Assembly (NCBI GenBank): GCA_964016885.1
Contig: OZ024741.1
Location: 377,332,001 to 377,396,000 of the forward strand
Length of the DNA stretch: 64,000 bases
Direction of reading: 5' to 3'
Source: Eledone cirrhosa
Taxonomy: Eukaryota
The position numbers and the translations under genes are program-made. Below the pieces are notes generated by a model, which saw nothing but the letters and a program-made list of their open reading frames with translations, was not told the origin of the DNA and searched no databases. The first letter of the stretch is position 1, and each line of letters begins with the position of its first letter. Of the stretch, positions 45,483-59,300 are shown piece by piece.

Positions 45483-48127
45483 TTATACTTCTCTTAGGTC
45501 AGTGTTGTTTTTTTGGGTGTTGTTGTTGATACATTTCCTATTAGTACAGTGGGTTTTCTTAAAAGGGTAGGTTTTGCTGATCAGGGATTGTATGGTAGTT
45601 CCTGGCTTTTCTACCACCTTAATCTTCAAGTGGGTCTTTCTCTGGGCCTTTCTACACTGGTTAGCTAATTTCCCTCCAGGGGTAGCATCCACAAACATGA
45701 CACTCTGGTATATCTGGTTGTCGTACCGTGAGGTGGCTTTCCCTATCAAATGTCTAGCCCATGTGCGACCATTTTTCTTACCTGATCATTGTTTTTTGGG
45801 GGGGTCCGTATAGCTTTGGTCCACCCAATCCACCTTCCCATGGGAGTCTTTTTAGCCATTGAGGTTATGGTGGGGGGTCTACCTCTTATGGGTCTACTGG
45901 GGCAGAAACGTCTAAGGTCATGGCTGTCTAGGTAGTCAGTGTCGTAGGTAAGTCTAAGTAAAAGGCCCTGTTCGTCTGTGTCGACGTCGCAGAACTCTAC
46001 CTCACTCTCAATGATCATCTCCACACATTTTTCCACAGCAAAATCAATGTTAATGGATGGGTACACTGATACCACATCCATGCTGCCTATTATGCAGTTG
46101 GATAGGTTCCTGTTTTTGTTGCACTCACTGATTCTGCTGAGGAGGTCATCTGTACTGTCACATACATCTGGGGACATCTTCATTATGGGGCGTATAACCA
46201 TTGAGAGGAAGTAGGAGATCCTGTAGTTGCTAGCTATATGTGCTCCTCATACGGGTCTTGCTGATGGTCCTGATGTCGGGTCGTCGATTGTCTTGTGGTC
46301 TTTGGGGAGCCCATAAAAGTATGGTATGCCATTGTTAGACGCCTGGAAGTTGTTGGCAGTGCGTCTGCTTGGCTTTAGGATGTCGATCCACATCATGTAA
46401 GCGTTGAGGATTTTCTCTCTCCCATCATGTGTTTGCTGTGCAATTTAGGTCGTGTTGGTGATGTGCGGTTGCATAGCCTTGATGTAGTTCGGTATGTTAT
46501 CTATTGACATCCTACCAGACTTTTCCGTGGGTAGACATACTACATCACCATCCCTTGTGCGCTGCTTGAGGCTAACCAAGCCTTCTACAGGTTTTCTCCC
46601 AAGTTGTTGGGCCTCTGATCTGCTCTGTCTCTTAGTATACCGGTCTATTATTTGTCTAATCTTATTTCTAGCTATGGTGAAGAGTGCCTCTGTATCGTCA
46701 TCTATTTGTTGTGGTATGCAAACTCTTTTATTAAAGGGTAACCTCATAGGATAGATATTACCCATCTTATATGTTTTGTCAGCTGGGTTGAAGAATAGTT
46801 TCTCTAAGGGGTTGTCATTATATCTATCGCCATAGTTGTGTGTGTTGCTATTATTTTATTATGGTGGTTGTTGTTGTTCCTATCATTAGCATTATTATTA
46901 TTGTTCTGATTGCTAGATGTATTGTTGCTGTGATTGTTAGATGTATTGTTGTTATGATTGCTAGATGTATTGTTGCTGTGATTGTTGTTTACTTCACCGT
47001 TATTGTTGTTGTTACTGTTATTTCTACCATTGTGGTTGTTACTTTTATTATGTTTCTTGTTTTTGTTGTGTCTATCATTAATGTTGCTACATGTATTATT
47101 TCTATTATTACGACTGTGGTTGTTGTTGTTGTTATTCGTATTGTTGCCGTTATTACTACTGTGGTCGCTGCTGCTGTGTCTGTAGTTAATGTTTCTATTA
47201 TTATTATTGTGGTTGTTCTGTCTATCGTTAGTATTATTACCATTTTTACCATTTTTCACTCTCCTGCTATTGTTATTATTATGACTATTACTATTATAGC
47301 TGTTATTTCTATACTCAGAGTTATTGTTTATATTACTACTACCGTTATTATTGTTGTAGTTGTCCGTATAGTTGTTGCTGTTGTTTACGTTTGCATTCCA
47401 ACGTATTTTTGTGAAACACTTTTCCAGCTCCGTTTTGAAATCAATAGGGTTAATCTTTTTGTAGATGGCAAATTTTGGTGGTAGCTGCAGAATTTGTTGT
47501 TTTGTTCACTGATTAAAGTGTTCCCATAAATATTTACTGTGTGGTCATTGGTAAATTCTTCCGGTAGTTTTACATCAGTCATACGGATATTGTTGATATT
47601 ATCTGGGTATTTTTGAGAATATTCTATTTTCCTTTCTTGTAGTTTTTTTTCTTATTCATCCATTCTAATTTCTTATTGAAATGCCTATTGCATTCGTTTC
47701 GGGCGTTTTTCGTTTCACGTCGGATGACGCTCATGAAGTCATCCCTTTCGTTTGGTGTGGTGAGATTTTGAACTTCCTTACCGTTAATGCGTTTCTGTCT
47801 GTAAAGTTCGTTGACTTTTGTGTATGTTGTTCTTTTCATATTAACTGTTATTGTGTGTTTTAGTCGTTCAGCTTGTGTTTTGTTCAATAATAAATTATTT
47901 ACTTGTGTTGATATGTTTGTTGTGCATATTTTGGAGGAAACACAGTGTTTTAAGAAGCGAATTTGTTCTGTTGTTATTGTAGTTTTTATATAACAGAAAA
48001 CAATGTCTTTCAATTACCTTTCAGCTTGGCACAAGCTAAAGCCATAACGGCGATGAATTAGTTTTGCGAGGTTTTTGATATGAAATCGTGTGTCGAAACA
48101 AATATTGTTATACTTGGGGAGAGTCAT
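45483..48127 (-). pseudogene. PLE2 ORF remnants with an Asn-rich insert
   Basis: Motifs LPFNKRV, LPTEKSG, YFYGLPKDHK, ARPV, GSMDVVSVYPSI, SVMFVDATPGGKLA, IKVVEKPG. No YxDD or GIY-YIG motif is retained. Confidence 0.8.
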
Positions 48128-48390
48128 ATTTGTATAATATTGCCAGAATTAATAACAGAACACACTCACTGATTGGTTGGTTTTCGCTTTTCGCTTCTGT
48201 GTCTTGTATATCAGTGAGTGTGTTATGTTATTAATTCTGGCAATATTACACAAATATGACCCTCAACAAGTATAACAATATTTGTTTCGACACACTATTT
48301 CATATCAACAACCTCGCAAAACTAATTCATCGCCGTTATATATATATAACGGCGATGAATTAGTTTTGAGATGTTTTTGATATGAAATTG

Positions 48391-48575
48391 TGTGGATTGG
48401 CAGTATCAGTGGAGGGTCGGACGCCATGCTTTCCGGCATAGTTACGTCCCTTTACGATCTGAGTTCAAAACCCGCCGAGGTTGACTTTGCCTTTCATCCT
48501 TACGGGGTCGATAAAATAAAGTACCTGTAATGCACTGGGTAATTACTGGCCTTGTGCCTAAAGTAGAGACAGTTA
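48391..48575 (+). mobile_element. tRNA-derived SINE
   Basis: Match to the SINE family. Confidence 0.9.
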
Positions 48576-48594
48576 TATATATATATAGAGATAT

Positions 48595-48923
48595 GCATAT
48601 ATGTATGTATATTTACATGTAGAGATGAAAATTTAATTATGTGCATTCATACATGCACATTTCTAGAAATCTATGCACACGTATAGAGAGTTGACTAGAA
48701 AAGTAGATACTCAGATATCTTGATAAATATAAGCTAGATATAAGCAAACATTTATTTTGGTAAAGGCAATTTTAAGAAACAGTTTTTCAGGTATAAAAGC
48801 ATACACATGTTCTCTTTGAAGAAATGTAATTATAATCTTCATTTTATACCTTTTTGTTTCATTTATACTGATAATGTTTAATTTAACAACAATATTCCCT
48901 GGAAAAAATAATATATTTTCCTA
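48595..48923. repeat. Right arm of the inverted duplication of 44073-44400
   Basis: Reverse-complement match to the left arm. Confidence 0.9.
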
Positions 48924-48953
48924 AACATACAGCGAAATTCTAAACAGTTAAAA

Positions 48954-49041
<88 letters not shown>

Positions 49042-49454
49042 GTCTTTTTTACTGTCTAGAATTTTGATGTATGTTTATACACCTGGCATTAAAAAATGAC
49101 GGTTGAATGTAATATGCTACGTTTAATCATATAAAATATTACATTTAATATTTCATCAATAATTTAAGTTTGTCTGAAGACGATTCAGTAACAAAATGAT
49201 CTTTTTTTTTATTTAAAATTGGATTTGATATAAATTATTGTTTGAATGTTTATGAAACATCATTGCATTGATTTGATGTAGAATCGTATTTGATCAAAAT
49301 GTGTTGTCGACCTTAAAGAAAATAATGAAGACAATTTAATAATTCCAGCATCTTTGTGACTTGGAATCGGTCTAGGAAAATAACCTATAATAACCAAATC
49401 GTATAAAATATCGACATAGGCGTTACGAGTGCCTATGTAACATATTTTGTGACG

Positions 49455-49920
49455 CTAAACTCCGCCAGTTGAAAACTGCGCATCAACATGAGGTATGTTT
49501 CCCCACAAAGTTCGATCACCAGCAGCAGAGTTGAAAGAATGAAGATCAAATCCAGTCCATAAGTTGACATTATCAAGCAATAGTTTTGGCTGCCGGCCTC
49601 TGCTTCTCATACCATCCAACCTTTGTTCCAGGAATAATCTACTCACACTACGAGTTGATCCTTTCATATGACCGTATAGTTTGAGTACTCTTGACTTGAT
49701 AATTGATGTATTTGGTTTAAGTTTGGCAATGTTGAGCATCTCAGTGATACAGATACAGTCCCTGAGCCGCTTGCCAGTCATAAGTTTCATGCTGTAGTTC
49801 TGGAATAGAGAGCTGCTGAAGTGACCTTGTTCTTCAAGTAACACAGTCAAGACCATATAGCACAACTGGTAGTATGTAAGTGTCAAAGATCTTAGCCTTC
49901 AAATGATAGGAAAGTCGTTT
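49455..49920 (-). pseudogene. RTE-clade LINE C-terminal fragment
   Basis: LKLYGHM..LEQRLDGMRSRGRQPK..DNV..WTG..A.DR..W matches the RTE C-terminal pattern. Confidence 0.78.
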
Positions 49921-51896
49921 TGATGTTAGTACTTCCTTGTTCTTTTTGAATGTAACATACAGATGATATAGTCGAATATAATACAATTATTTCAGTTTTC
50001 TGTATATATTATTAGAGGAATATATAGAAATCTAATATTTCAATTCGAATTCATCATTTGGGACACCTATTAAAATTATAAAGATTTCAACTTCCGAACA
50101 CCCAAACGACTTTTTCTTCTTCATGTGAGTTTAACTCTAAAATTAATTATGCTGAATTTCGCAGTTCTACATTCTCATATGTATGTCCATATCCAATGAC
50201 TAGATTTAAATATACCTGCCAACTATGGTCCAAAATTGTTTTAAATGTTTGTCATCGGTGAATGTATGCATCGTTATAAAGATATTGAAATTTACAGACA
50301 ATTCTCTTCCTTCGTGCACACATAGTTATATCTATTCTTGTTTCCATAGTTGTTACTATTCAACGTGTTAATTTGTAAGACCACTGTCTAGATAATGTTT
50401 AGTTTTATTTGTTATGGCTCTGTAATATTCTTTTTAAAGAAATTATTTTCTCTACTTTAGGATAACAAAGATCACTAAACTTCGAGTATAAACAGATCTT
50501 AGAATTCTTATCCGAGAAAGTTGGCGTATCACGTAATAGTTTTTGACGTCAAATGTTTGATTCTCTTGCTTTAAGTTGTGCTTGTATATTCCGTGCATAT
50601 CCTATAATTATAATATAGTTTACAACCTAGAAAGCCTCAACCTTTTCACATGCGTTAAAATATCATTCTTTGGTTATGAATCTGTTCCAGAAAACTTATC
50701 GGGACATTCTCATTTTACAAGGCCTCCGCATATTTTGACCAAATACAATTTATTCAGATTTTCTCTTGACAGAATCATTATACCGAGCTTTTACTTGTGT
50801 GTCAGCCATATAGATACGATATTTCATTTTCATTGCCATATTAAATAGTTCGAAACATTCCTCTTTTAATTTCTTCTATTCTCCTAGAGACGCATTTAGT
50901 TATTATAATCAATATCCAGTTTGGTGCTGCAGAAAATGTGCTCTTTTATCATGATATTGCTAGCCTGTTCTCTCGTAATGCAAAATATCTTGTTCATTAC
51001 TAATGAGTTTCCAGAATACGTACCAGTGCGACAATATTAAAATATTCTACAATCTATTCTTTAATATTGTGTTTCCTCTTAGTGTTCAACTATATTCTTG
51101 GTGATTAATATATTACAAGATACTCCACAAAAGCATTTGTAACATCGCATGTGCTCATTTTGCATTATTTCATTTTGATATATGAGTAGTTATATTTTAC
51201 TTTTGTATTACAGAGAATAATATTACATGAAACAAGGTTTATAGTTTTGTATTTTCAGGAGTGCATATAATATTTATGTTTAATTTTTACATCATAATCT
51301 TAAATATATTTTTCATCATAATCTTACATCTTGGATAGCTATTATTCTGTTAGTTTTTATTAGTGTTATTTTCATGCGCTCTTTTTCGAATGATTTTATG
51401 TTGTTCAGGAACAGTTTACATATTTCAACTAAATATTACATATTTCCTCGTGATTAATGTGATAAGTATGTGGTATATATCTTTGTTGTACTTTGATATG
51501 TCGAAATATTATAATACGTGTCACGTTTTAACGAGATTTTTAATGCTATTTATATTTTTGTGTATGTAACATGTGGATATACTTAAGGGGTTGATATGAC
51601 CTATATGGAAAGTGTATTCTAAGTAAACAATGAAATTGATTCAATATAATATAGCCCTCTCACAAGTCATTGACTTTTTAAATATGACATGAATATATTT
51701 TTTGATTCATTTTATCAGCAAACTGCTTAGATGTGAAAATTCCTATAGTAAATGCACTTATTAGTAAAACAATAGTACAACTACCCAACTCCCACTATTA
51801 CTCACATATCTGAATTCCTCTTCCGGCATCAATATGTCTTCTGATATCAAAATAGAAATATTCGTAGTAAACGTGTAATCATTATAGTTAAAGGAT

Positions 51897-52080
51897 GGTG
51901 GATTGGCAGTATCGGTAGACGGTCGGACGCCATGCTTTCCAGCATAGTTACGTCCCTTTACGATCTGAGTTCAAATCCCGCCATGGTTGACTTTGCCTTT
52001 CATCCTTACGGGGTCGACAAAATAAAGTACCAGTAATGAACTGGGTAATTGCTGGCCTTGTGCCTAAAGTAGAAACAATT
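51897..52080 (+). mobile_element. tRNA-derived SINE with 16-nt TSD
   Basis: ATTATAGTTAAAGGAT at 51881-51896 and 52078-52093. Confidence 0.92.
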
Positions 52081-52585
52081 ATAGTTAAAGGATATACTTT
52101 TGTTTTCCGTGTTCCTAAAATCGATATGAAAAAATATATAACGCGTTTACACTTAGGCGTTGAACATCACTTCACACACATTTCACCCCTTCTCTGTCTG
52201 TCTCCATACGTATATATAAATATATATACATATATATTTATAAATATATATACATATATATTTATAATATATATAAATATATATATATGTATATATATAC
52301 ATATATGTATAAATATATATATATATGTATATATATATATATGGATACATACATCCATCCATATATATATGGATGGATGTATATATATATGTGTATGTAT
52401 GTAATCCCTGGCTAGGCTACATGTGCATCTAAACTTTTAAAAATATATTTTTGAAAGATTAAATACAATTTGATTATTATTTACATTGTATATATATATG
52501 TGTTTCTACACACATACGCACACACACACATACCCAGACGCACACACATACACACACACACATACACACACACACACATACACAT

Positions 52586-52626
<41 letters not shown>

Positions 52627-52673
52627 CAATGTAAATGATAATCAAATACGTTTTAATCTTTGAAACATTTAAT

Positions 52674-52718
52674 CACTGACGATCGTTTCATCCTAGCACA
52701 CAGTCGTAAGTATCGGAG
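52674..52718 (-). ncRNA. Degenerate hammerhead in the PLE3 pLTR (mirror copy at 56133-56178, + strand)
   Basis: The left copy keeps GAAAC-GAUC-GUC-AGU and stem I ACU/AGU. The right copy keeps CGAUGA-UUCUGGC-loop-GCUGGGA-U-GAAA. Neither copy is intact alone. Confidence 0.5.
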
Positions 52719-54587
52719 TTTATAAGAAAAGTTAAAGACACATATAAGATCAAAAATTTGTCACAAGAACATTTGGATGATACATAATATGGGAGGTCAG
52801 ATAAGCATTAAAAGTTTATATAAGGAAACTGAGGCGGAAAAACATATGCAATATAGAAGCAGATAAATGCAATAAAGAACATACAATAAAATATGCGATT
52901 ACAGATAAATTAATTACGGTGTAAATCATATATCATAAATAGTTAAGAAAGTTAATAATAGGAGACAGAGGGAAAACATGCTTTTCAAATATATATTTCC
53001 AAAATATATTTTTAAAAGTTTAGATGCACGTGTAGCATAGCCAGGGATGACAGACAGGTACAAGATTATATGTTTCACCACATAATTCAGTCTTAATAAC
53101 AATTGTATCCCAAAACGTCCAAATGTTGTGTGGAACAAATAAATACAACCATCAAATCTTGAAAGTGAAAAACTGAAAGAAATCCAATATAAATGGAAGT
53201 ATTATCAGTAAGACACTCAAGACTCTTCCCCCAAATCCCAACATAGTTCAATAGATGAGATAAAGTCATACACCATCAAGACTACAAATCATCCAACTTA
53301 GCATAGGATTTTAAAATTAATCCTTTAAAAAAATACGGTTAAATCAAAATAAAGGGGAAGTAATTCATGTAAGAGATTCAATACATTAGAGAGTTAAAAT
53401 GTTTTAGTAACGAAAAATAGAAAACTTTAGTATACAAAGATATATGAGGATCGAATTAGAACATTTCCAGGGCCAATGATTGTAAAACTAAGAACATTAA
53501 AAGATTTACAAAATACAGAGAAAGAAATTATCTATGTATACTGAAAATGCATTATAAAAAAAAATAATTTAAATGTGAAGCAATATTAAAGGATAAAGAT
53601 ATTTATCATTTAATTTTACTAGTATTAGTATTAAACCGTTAATATTAAAATAAATTGGGATTGTGAGGCAATGGTTGTTATAAAATTATTTGTCAAAAAT
53701 AAAGATAAGTGAGGCTTGTGAAATAAGGTGTGGAAAGAATGTATTATTAAGTCGCATATATGTGATGTGGTTGTTATAATAAAATGCAGTGGCAATGGAA
53801 GTGTGTGTGAGGGATTTTGTGAAGGTTGGTAAACACTATATAGTAGTTAAACATATAATATTTTAGGTTTAAAAGTGAAATTAAATAATTATTATACAGT
53901 GATAATAGTAGTGCTGAAAATCTACATTGATATAAATTTGGTAATATGTCTAAAATAGTTAGAAGAATGGGGATTTATATGAAGATAAGTCGAAAAGATG
54001 TGAGATTTTCTATGTAATACATTTAGTTTAGAGTAAATAATGCTATGACTCTCAAGAAAGCAAATATTACACATTATATTGGGAGGTTTACAGGATAAAG
54101 TTTTGGCAATCACCTTCCAGGTCAGAGTGTAAGGTGTATTATTGTTCTTCAAATATGATTTAAAACTAGACAATGAGGACACATTTTTAAATTAAAAGTT
54201 TTTGAATGTATGAATGTGGTAATTATATTTTGTCTTAAAGCTATTTGAAGTAGAGCTAATATAGGTTTTGGAGCTGATGGAAGTCGTGACAATACATGAA
54301 TAAACACTATTCCTAACTAGGTTATTTCCATTAAGATGGTTTACATTATTAAGTCTACAATTACAGTTATGGTTATTGATTAAGCAGTTTTGTGGATACA
54401 GATGTGAAAAGTTATTAGAATTTGATATATTATTGCTGTAATTGTTATTAAAATTCCTATAAGTCCTAGATATTCATGTATCATGAGAGTGGTTACTAGT
54501 ACCATAATGTTAAGCATATCAAATGGTTGTGAATTGTTAACTAAATTACAAGAAGTAAAATATTTATTAATTTTCCAATTATTACTA

Positions 54588-54770
54588 GTGCGGTGCATTG
54601 GCAGTTTCGGTAGAGGGTCTGGCACCATGCTTTGCAGCAAATAGTTTCGGCCATTTATGGTCTGCGTTCAAATCGCACCGAGGTTAACTTTACATTTCAT
54701 CCTTAAGAGGTCGATACAATAAAGCACCAGTAATACACTGGGATAATTGCTGGCCTTGTGTCAAAACAAT
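54588..54770 (+). mobile_element. tRNA-derived SINE inserted in PLE3, 12-nt TSD
   Basis: CAATTATTACTA at 54576-54587 and 54767-54778. Confidence 0.88.
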
Positions 54771-55707
54771 TATTACTATGCACTATGTGATTAGCAATGT
54801 TATGTGTGATTGAATAAGAGATTTTAATGGTGTTTTTATCAATTATATTATGGTATTTGTGATTAAGTGGGAATTCTTTTTTCAATAATTGAGAAGAATA
54901 CTGTAGGTAAATAGATTTAAGTTGAAAGGTGGATTAAGATATTAATTAAGCATTCTATTATTTTTATTTTTTTACTAATAAGTGTATTCTTAAAGTGATT
55001 GGGATTAACACTATTTTGTTTATTACTTTCAGATAGTATAGACATCACGTTTAGTGTTATTACTATGCCTTTTATCCACAATATTTCCCTTATTATTAGG
55101 ATATTTTTTGTTATAAAGATTATGGCCATTAGTGCTAAGATGAATTGTAGAATGGTGCGTGTCATTATTCAATCTACTGTTTCAATAAATTATAGTATTA
55201 TTAAATTTATTGTAATAAGCAAAAGAGTTTTCAGGCATGAAGCAAATTTTGTTTTTATAGCCAGAACGTGATATAACTTCATTCTAATAACGAGCATTTT
55301 GGTTAAAAATAAATTGATTTTAGGATAAATTACCATGCTAATTTGGATGATTTGTACTCTTGATGGTGTATGACTTGATTCCCTCTATTGAAGTATGTAG
55401 TGCTTTGGATGATCTGGTGTCTTGATTGCCTTACTGAAAATACCTCCATCAATATCGGATTTCTTTCACTTTTTTACTTTGAAGGCTTGATGGTTGTATT
55501 TATTTACTCCATGCAACATTATCTCCTTTTGATATTTTGAGATACAATAGTTATTATGACATAATTATGGGGTCAAACATAGTCTTCCACCTGTCTGTAA
55601 TCCCTGGCTACGTGCATCTAAACTTTTTAAAATATATTTTTTAATATATATATATATATATTTCTAAATATATTTTAGAAATATATATTTGAAATGCTTG
55701 TTTTTCC

Positions 55708-55890
55708 TGGCAGTATCGGTAGAGGGTCGGACACCATGCTTTGCAGCAAAGAGTTACGGCCCTATATGGTCTGAGTTCAAATCCCGCTGAGGTTAACTTT
55801 GCCTTTCATCCTTACGGGGTCGATAAAATAAAGTACCAGTAATACACTGGAATAATTGCTGGCCTTGTGCCAAAAGTAGAAATAATTATT
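55708..55890 (+). mobile_element. tRNA-derived SINE inserted in the PLE3 inverted arm
   Basis: Match to the SINE family; absent from the mate arm near 52960. Confidence 0.9.
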
Positions 55891-56311
55891 AACTTTCTTA
55901 GCTATTTATGATATATGCTTTTCTCTGTACTTAATTCATCTGTAACCACATGTTTTGTTTTTTACTTTCTTTATTGCATTTATCTGCTCTTATTTTTCAT
56001 ATATTTTTACGCCTCAGTTACCGTATATAAATTGTTAATGCTTGCGCGTATCTAGTGTCCTATATGATGTATCCTCCTAATGTCCTTGTGACAAAGTTTT
56101 GATCCTATATTTCTTTTTAACTCTTGTTATCAACTTCGATGATTCTGGCTTTGTGCTGGGATGAAAAGAATGTCTGTGATTAAATGTCTGAAAGATTAAA
56201 TACTCTTTGATTATCATTTACATTGTATTTTGGCTGTGTATTTATACTTGTTATTTCCCATCGAGCGTCTTTCATACTTGTAACTGGGTAATATTTATTA
56301 TTTACCCACCT

Positions 56312-56353
<42 letters not shown>

Positions 56354-59300
56354 AAATTAAGATAAATCAAATTGAATTTAATCTAAATCAAAATTATGGG
56401 TGTCATGCCAGAAAGACAAGCGCCATATCACCCGCAAAATAAGCTCTAAGCTTCTAACGAATAGGTCCGAGCATTTTATAACTACTAGAAATTGATTAAC
56501 ATAAATAAACATGAATAATCATAGGAGATAATGTTTACAAGTGTGTAAGCACACATAGCTGGTAGGATATCTAAATAAAGTTAACCAGAACTTCAAAACT
56601 AGATACCTTATAATATGATTAATCAGAAGGTTCTTTTCACTCGGAGAATATAAAATTCCCGAGTTCGAATTACGAACTGGCGCTATTCAAAATTGTTCCC
56701 GAGATGAGGATGAATGATGTAGAAGCAATTCTGTCCAGTGACGTGTGCATATGCCGTGTGCATATATGGGAGTTACGTGTGTCTATGTATGTATAATTAA
56801 ATGATACATTCATATATAAGTTAATTATGTTTGAAAATTTTGACAATAGCATCATATTTTTAGGAGTTTAGTTTCATAAGATATTACTCAAAGTGACAAA
56901 CATTATTGACGTTTTATTGATATTAACATTTTAACAATCATTAGTAATAAGCAATTTAATTTTCATACATACTGACAATTATTTAAAGCATTACATATTA
57001 CTTCTAACTTAAAAAGTTATTGTGTGGATGTAAAATATTAAACAGTTATTAATAAAAAAAAAAGTATGGCGTCTGTTGAATTGAACATTTTAACTTTTCC
57101 TGTTTCATTTCAAACATGACATGGCCTCTTTTTATTTTCAGGTCATATTTCATTAAACAGAAACATAATAAATGTGTTAATAATATCTTTAATATAGTCA
57201 AGTCCTTCCTCATACTAATAAATTAATAATGATTTGCTGAAGAATTAAACTAATGTATAACTCAGGAAACCTTTAAATTGTTTCATTGAATGAACAATTG
57301 AGCTATAGTTAGAAGAAATTAAACATAAAACAAAATCTTATTCCAAATCGATAGAAATAGACGAATTATAACAGGAAATTAGAATTAAGTTTCATTAAAA
57401 ACACAATGAAAATTGTCAAATTTTACTGCCAACACAAATTTAAAGTGCCTTCTTTAAATATTTGATGAAGCTCTCATAATAATCACATATACATTATTTA
57501 ATGCTTGCATATCTGTCAAAAGTTTTCATGTTAATAATTTGCTTTTCTATCATTTTAACGTTCCAATTACTATTTTATTTCCTAAGCGAAAATTGCATCA
57601 ATTGGAAAGCAATTTGCGTTAATATTTCTATTACCTAGACTTAGATCAATACTTCTCCTCACAAGATTGCAATATTAATCCAAAGAAGGAAAGTGTGCTT
57701 CTGTTTTTTGTAAATTCTATTTCCCAATATCTAAGTAAATATCACTTCTACACGTTGGTTCGAACATGCTTAGAGTGTATGTTTGCCATAAACGTCCTAG
57801 GTAGAAGTGAATTTTATCAGCATAGAATTCGACTGTTCCGTGGAGAAACGTGGGTAGGGAGAAAAGTGGTGTGTGTATGTATCTAGCGGTTGACAGCGAC
57901 GCCCTACAAAAATTAGTTATAAATTGTCCAGAGCAGATTAGTCTAATTTAAAGTATGTATAAACTAACAAATTAAACGCAGTATTATATCCAGGCCACCA
58001 ACATAAATTACTTCTATCAACGTGACTGAACATCTCAGCAAGGCACCTCCTTATCCCATATATATATACACTTCTCACCGCTTATTAAAACGATCCATGT
58101 TTCTGTTGTGTGCTCTGACTCATTGCAAATCTCATATTTTTCCAGTGATCAAGATTTGTTCTTTAGTGCAAGTACTTCTGGTACCAAAGGAAGACAGGCA
58201 AGATATCGTATCGATGTATTTCTTTCCTAGGTTATTTACTTTGCCCTAGTTATCTCGTATCTGCAAGGTCATGAAGAGGGTGATGACGAAAGCTGGTGAT
58301 ACCTTCGTCATAATTGAGCAAATAGAGGCACTCCTTCAACGTCATCATAAATAATGTGTTAGTAAAACTTTACCAATTCGAATTACCAACACAGGTGTTA
58401 TAAATCAAGCAAAGCAGGGAAAGCAGGGACAAAGCACGGTCAGTGTCTAGTTCCATTACAGAATTTAATCTTGAACCAAGGTCTGCATAACTTATCCTTT
58501 CAACTTTTACTATATCTATTAAAGTAAAGATCTACCAATAGAAGTAATTGTATGTTAGCAAGATATTGTAAAGTGTTGTGAAGTGTTTTCTATAAATCTT
58601 TATTTCATTAACCATGTTTCGTTATCTACATTTTATTCTAAGCTTTTCAAATTTTAAAACTAATTTATGGACAGCCTCCGTTCCATTTATGTTTCCCGCG
58701 TTTCAAGTTGACTCTAGTATAATATAAGGCCCCCCAATTTAAGTAACCTACTTTTAAAAACGTTTTGCAAGCTCAACGCCATGAGATATATATTCATACT
58801 CCAGATAACAGTGGAGTAGCAGAAATATGTTACGTACCTTCAAATGAGCATTGCTTAAATCAAAAGAGGATGGATCCACATAGCAGTGATACACATGTTT
58901 TACTAACGAATTATTTACGGATTATTCCTATTCTAACTCAACTATAATAGAAGTCAATTGCAGAACCTATGCTTTTGAGAAACACACGACAATTATAGAG
59001 GTTATAATGACACATAAACGTTCCAAAAATACGAAAGGATATTCAATTGAACAATAGAAGAGGCACATGGAACAGTTCCATTATGAGGTAGGTCAATTCA
59101 AAAAGGAAACTTTAGTTTTGTTGCCTTGAACTGTTTAAAGGCGACAAATGAATAATCAGTAGTTAATAATATCAACTGCGGGACAGAAAGAAACAATTCC
59201 AAAAATTGTGATCGAAAAAAGTGGTATGGCACTGAAAAACATTTTGGAGGAATTCAATATATCTTTGCCATCGAAACACTAGAAACGTATCTCCATGTTC

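Larger units (their letters stand above)
52626..56226 (-). mobile_element. Penelope-like element PLE3, old, 5'-truncated, with inverted pLTR
   Basis: 52626-53305 is inverted at ~55335-56226 (diverged). Coding remnants include FPLNHKYHNIIDKNTIKISYS, CNC, TYISSTSNSFK, LTWKVIAK and CNICFLE. Confidence 0.82.

Noticed and set aside
46840-47484. Hydrophobic Val/Ile/Leu-rich ORFs resembling membrane proteins
   Set aside because: Antisense reading of the AAC/AAT low-complexity tract. The same applies to 24622-25280 and to poly-L, poly-I, YI and HT ORFs over microsatellites.
58950-59200. Possible pogo-like transposase remnant
   Set aside because: Too degenerate to translate into a convincing motif.
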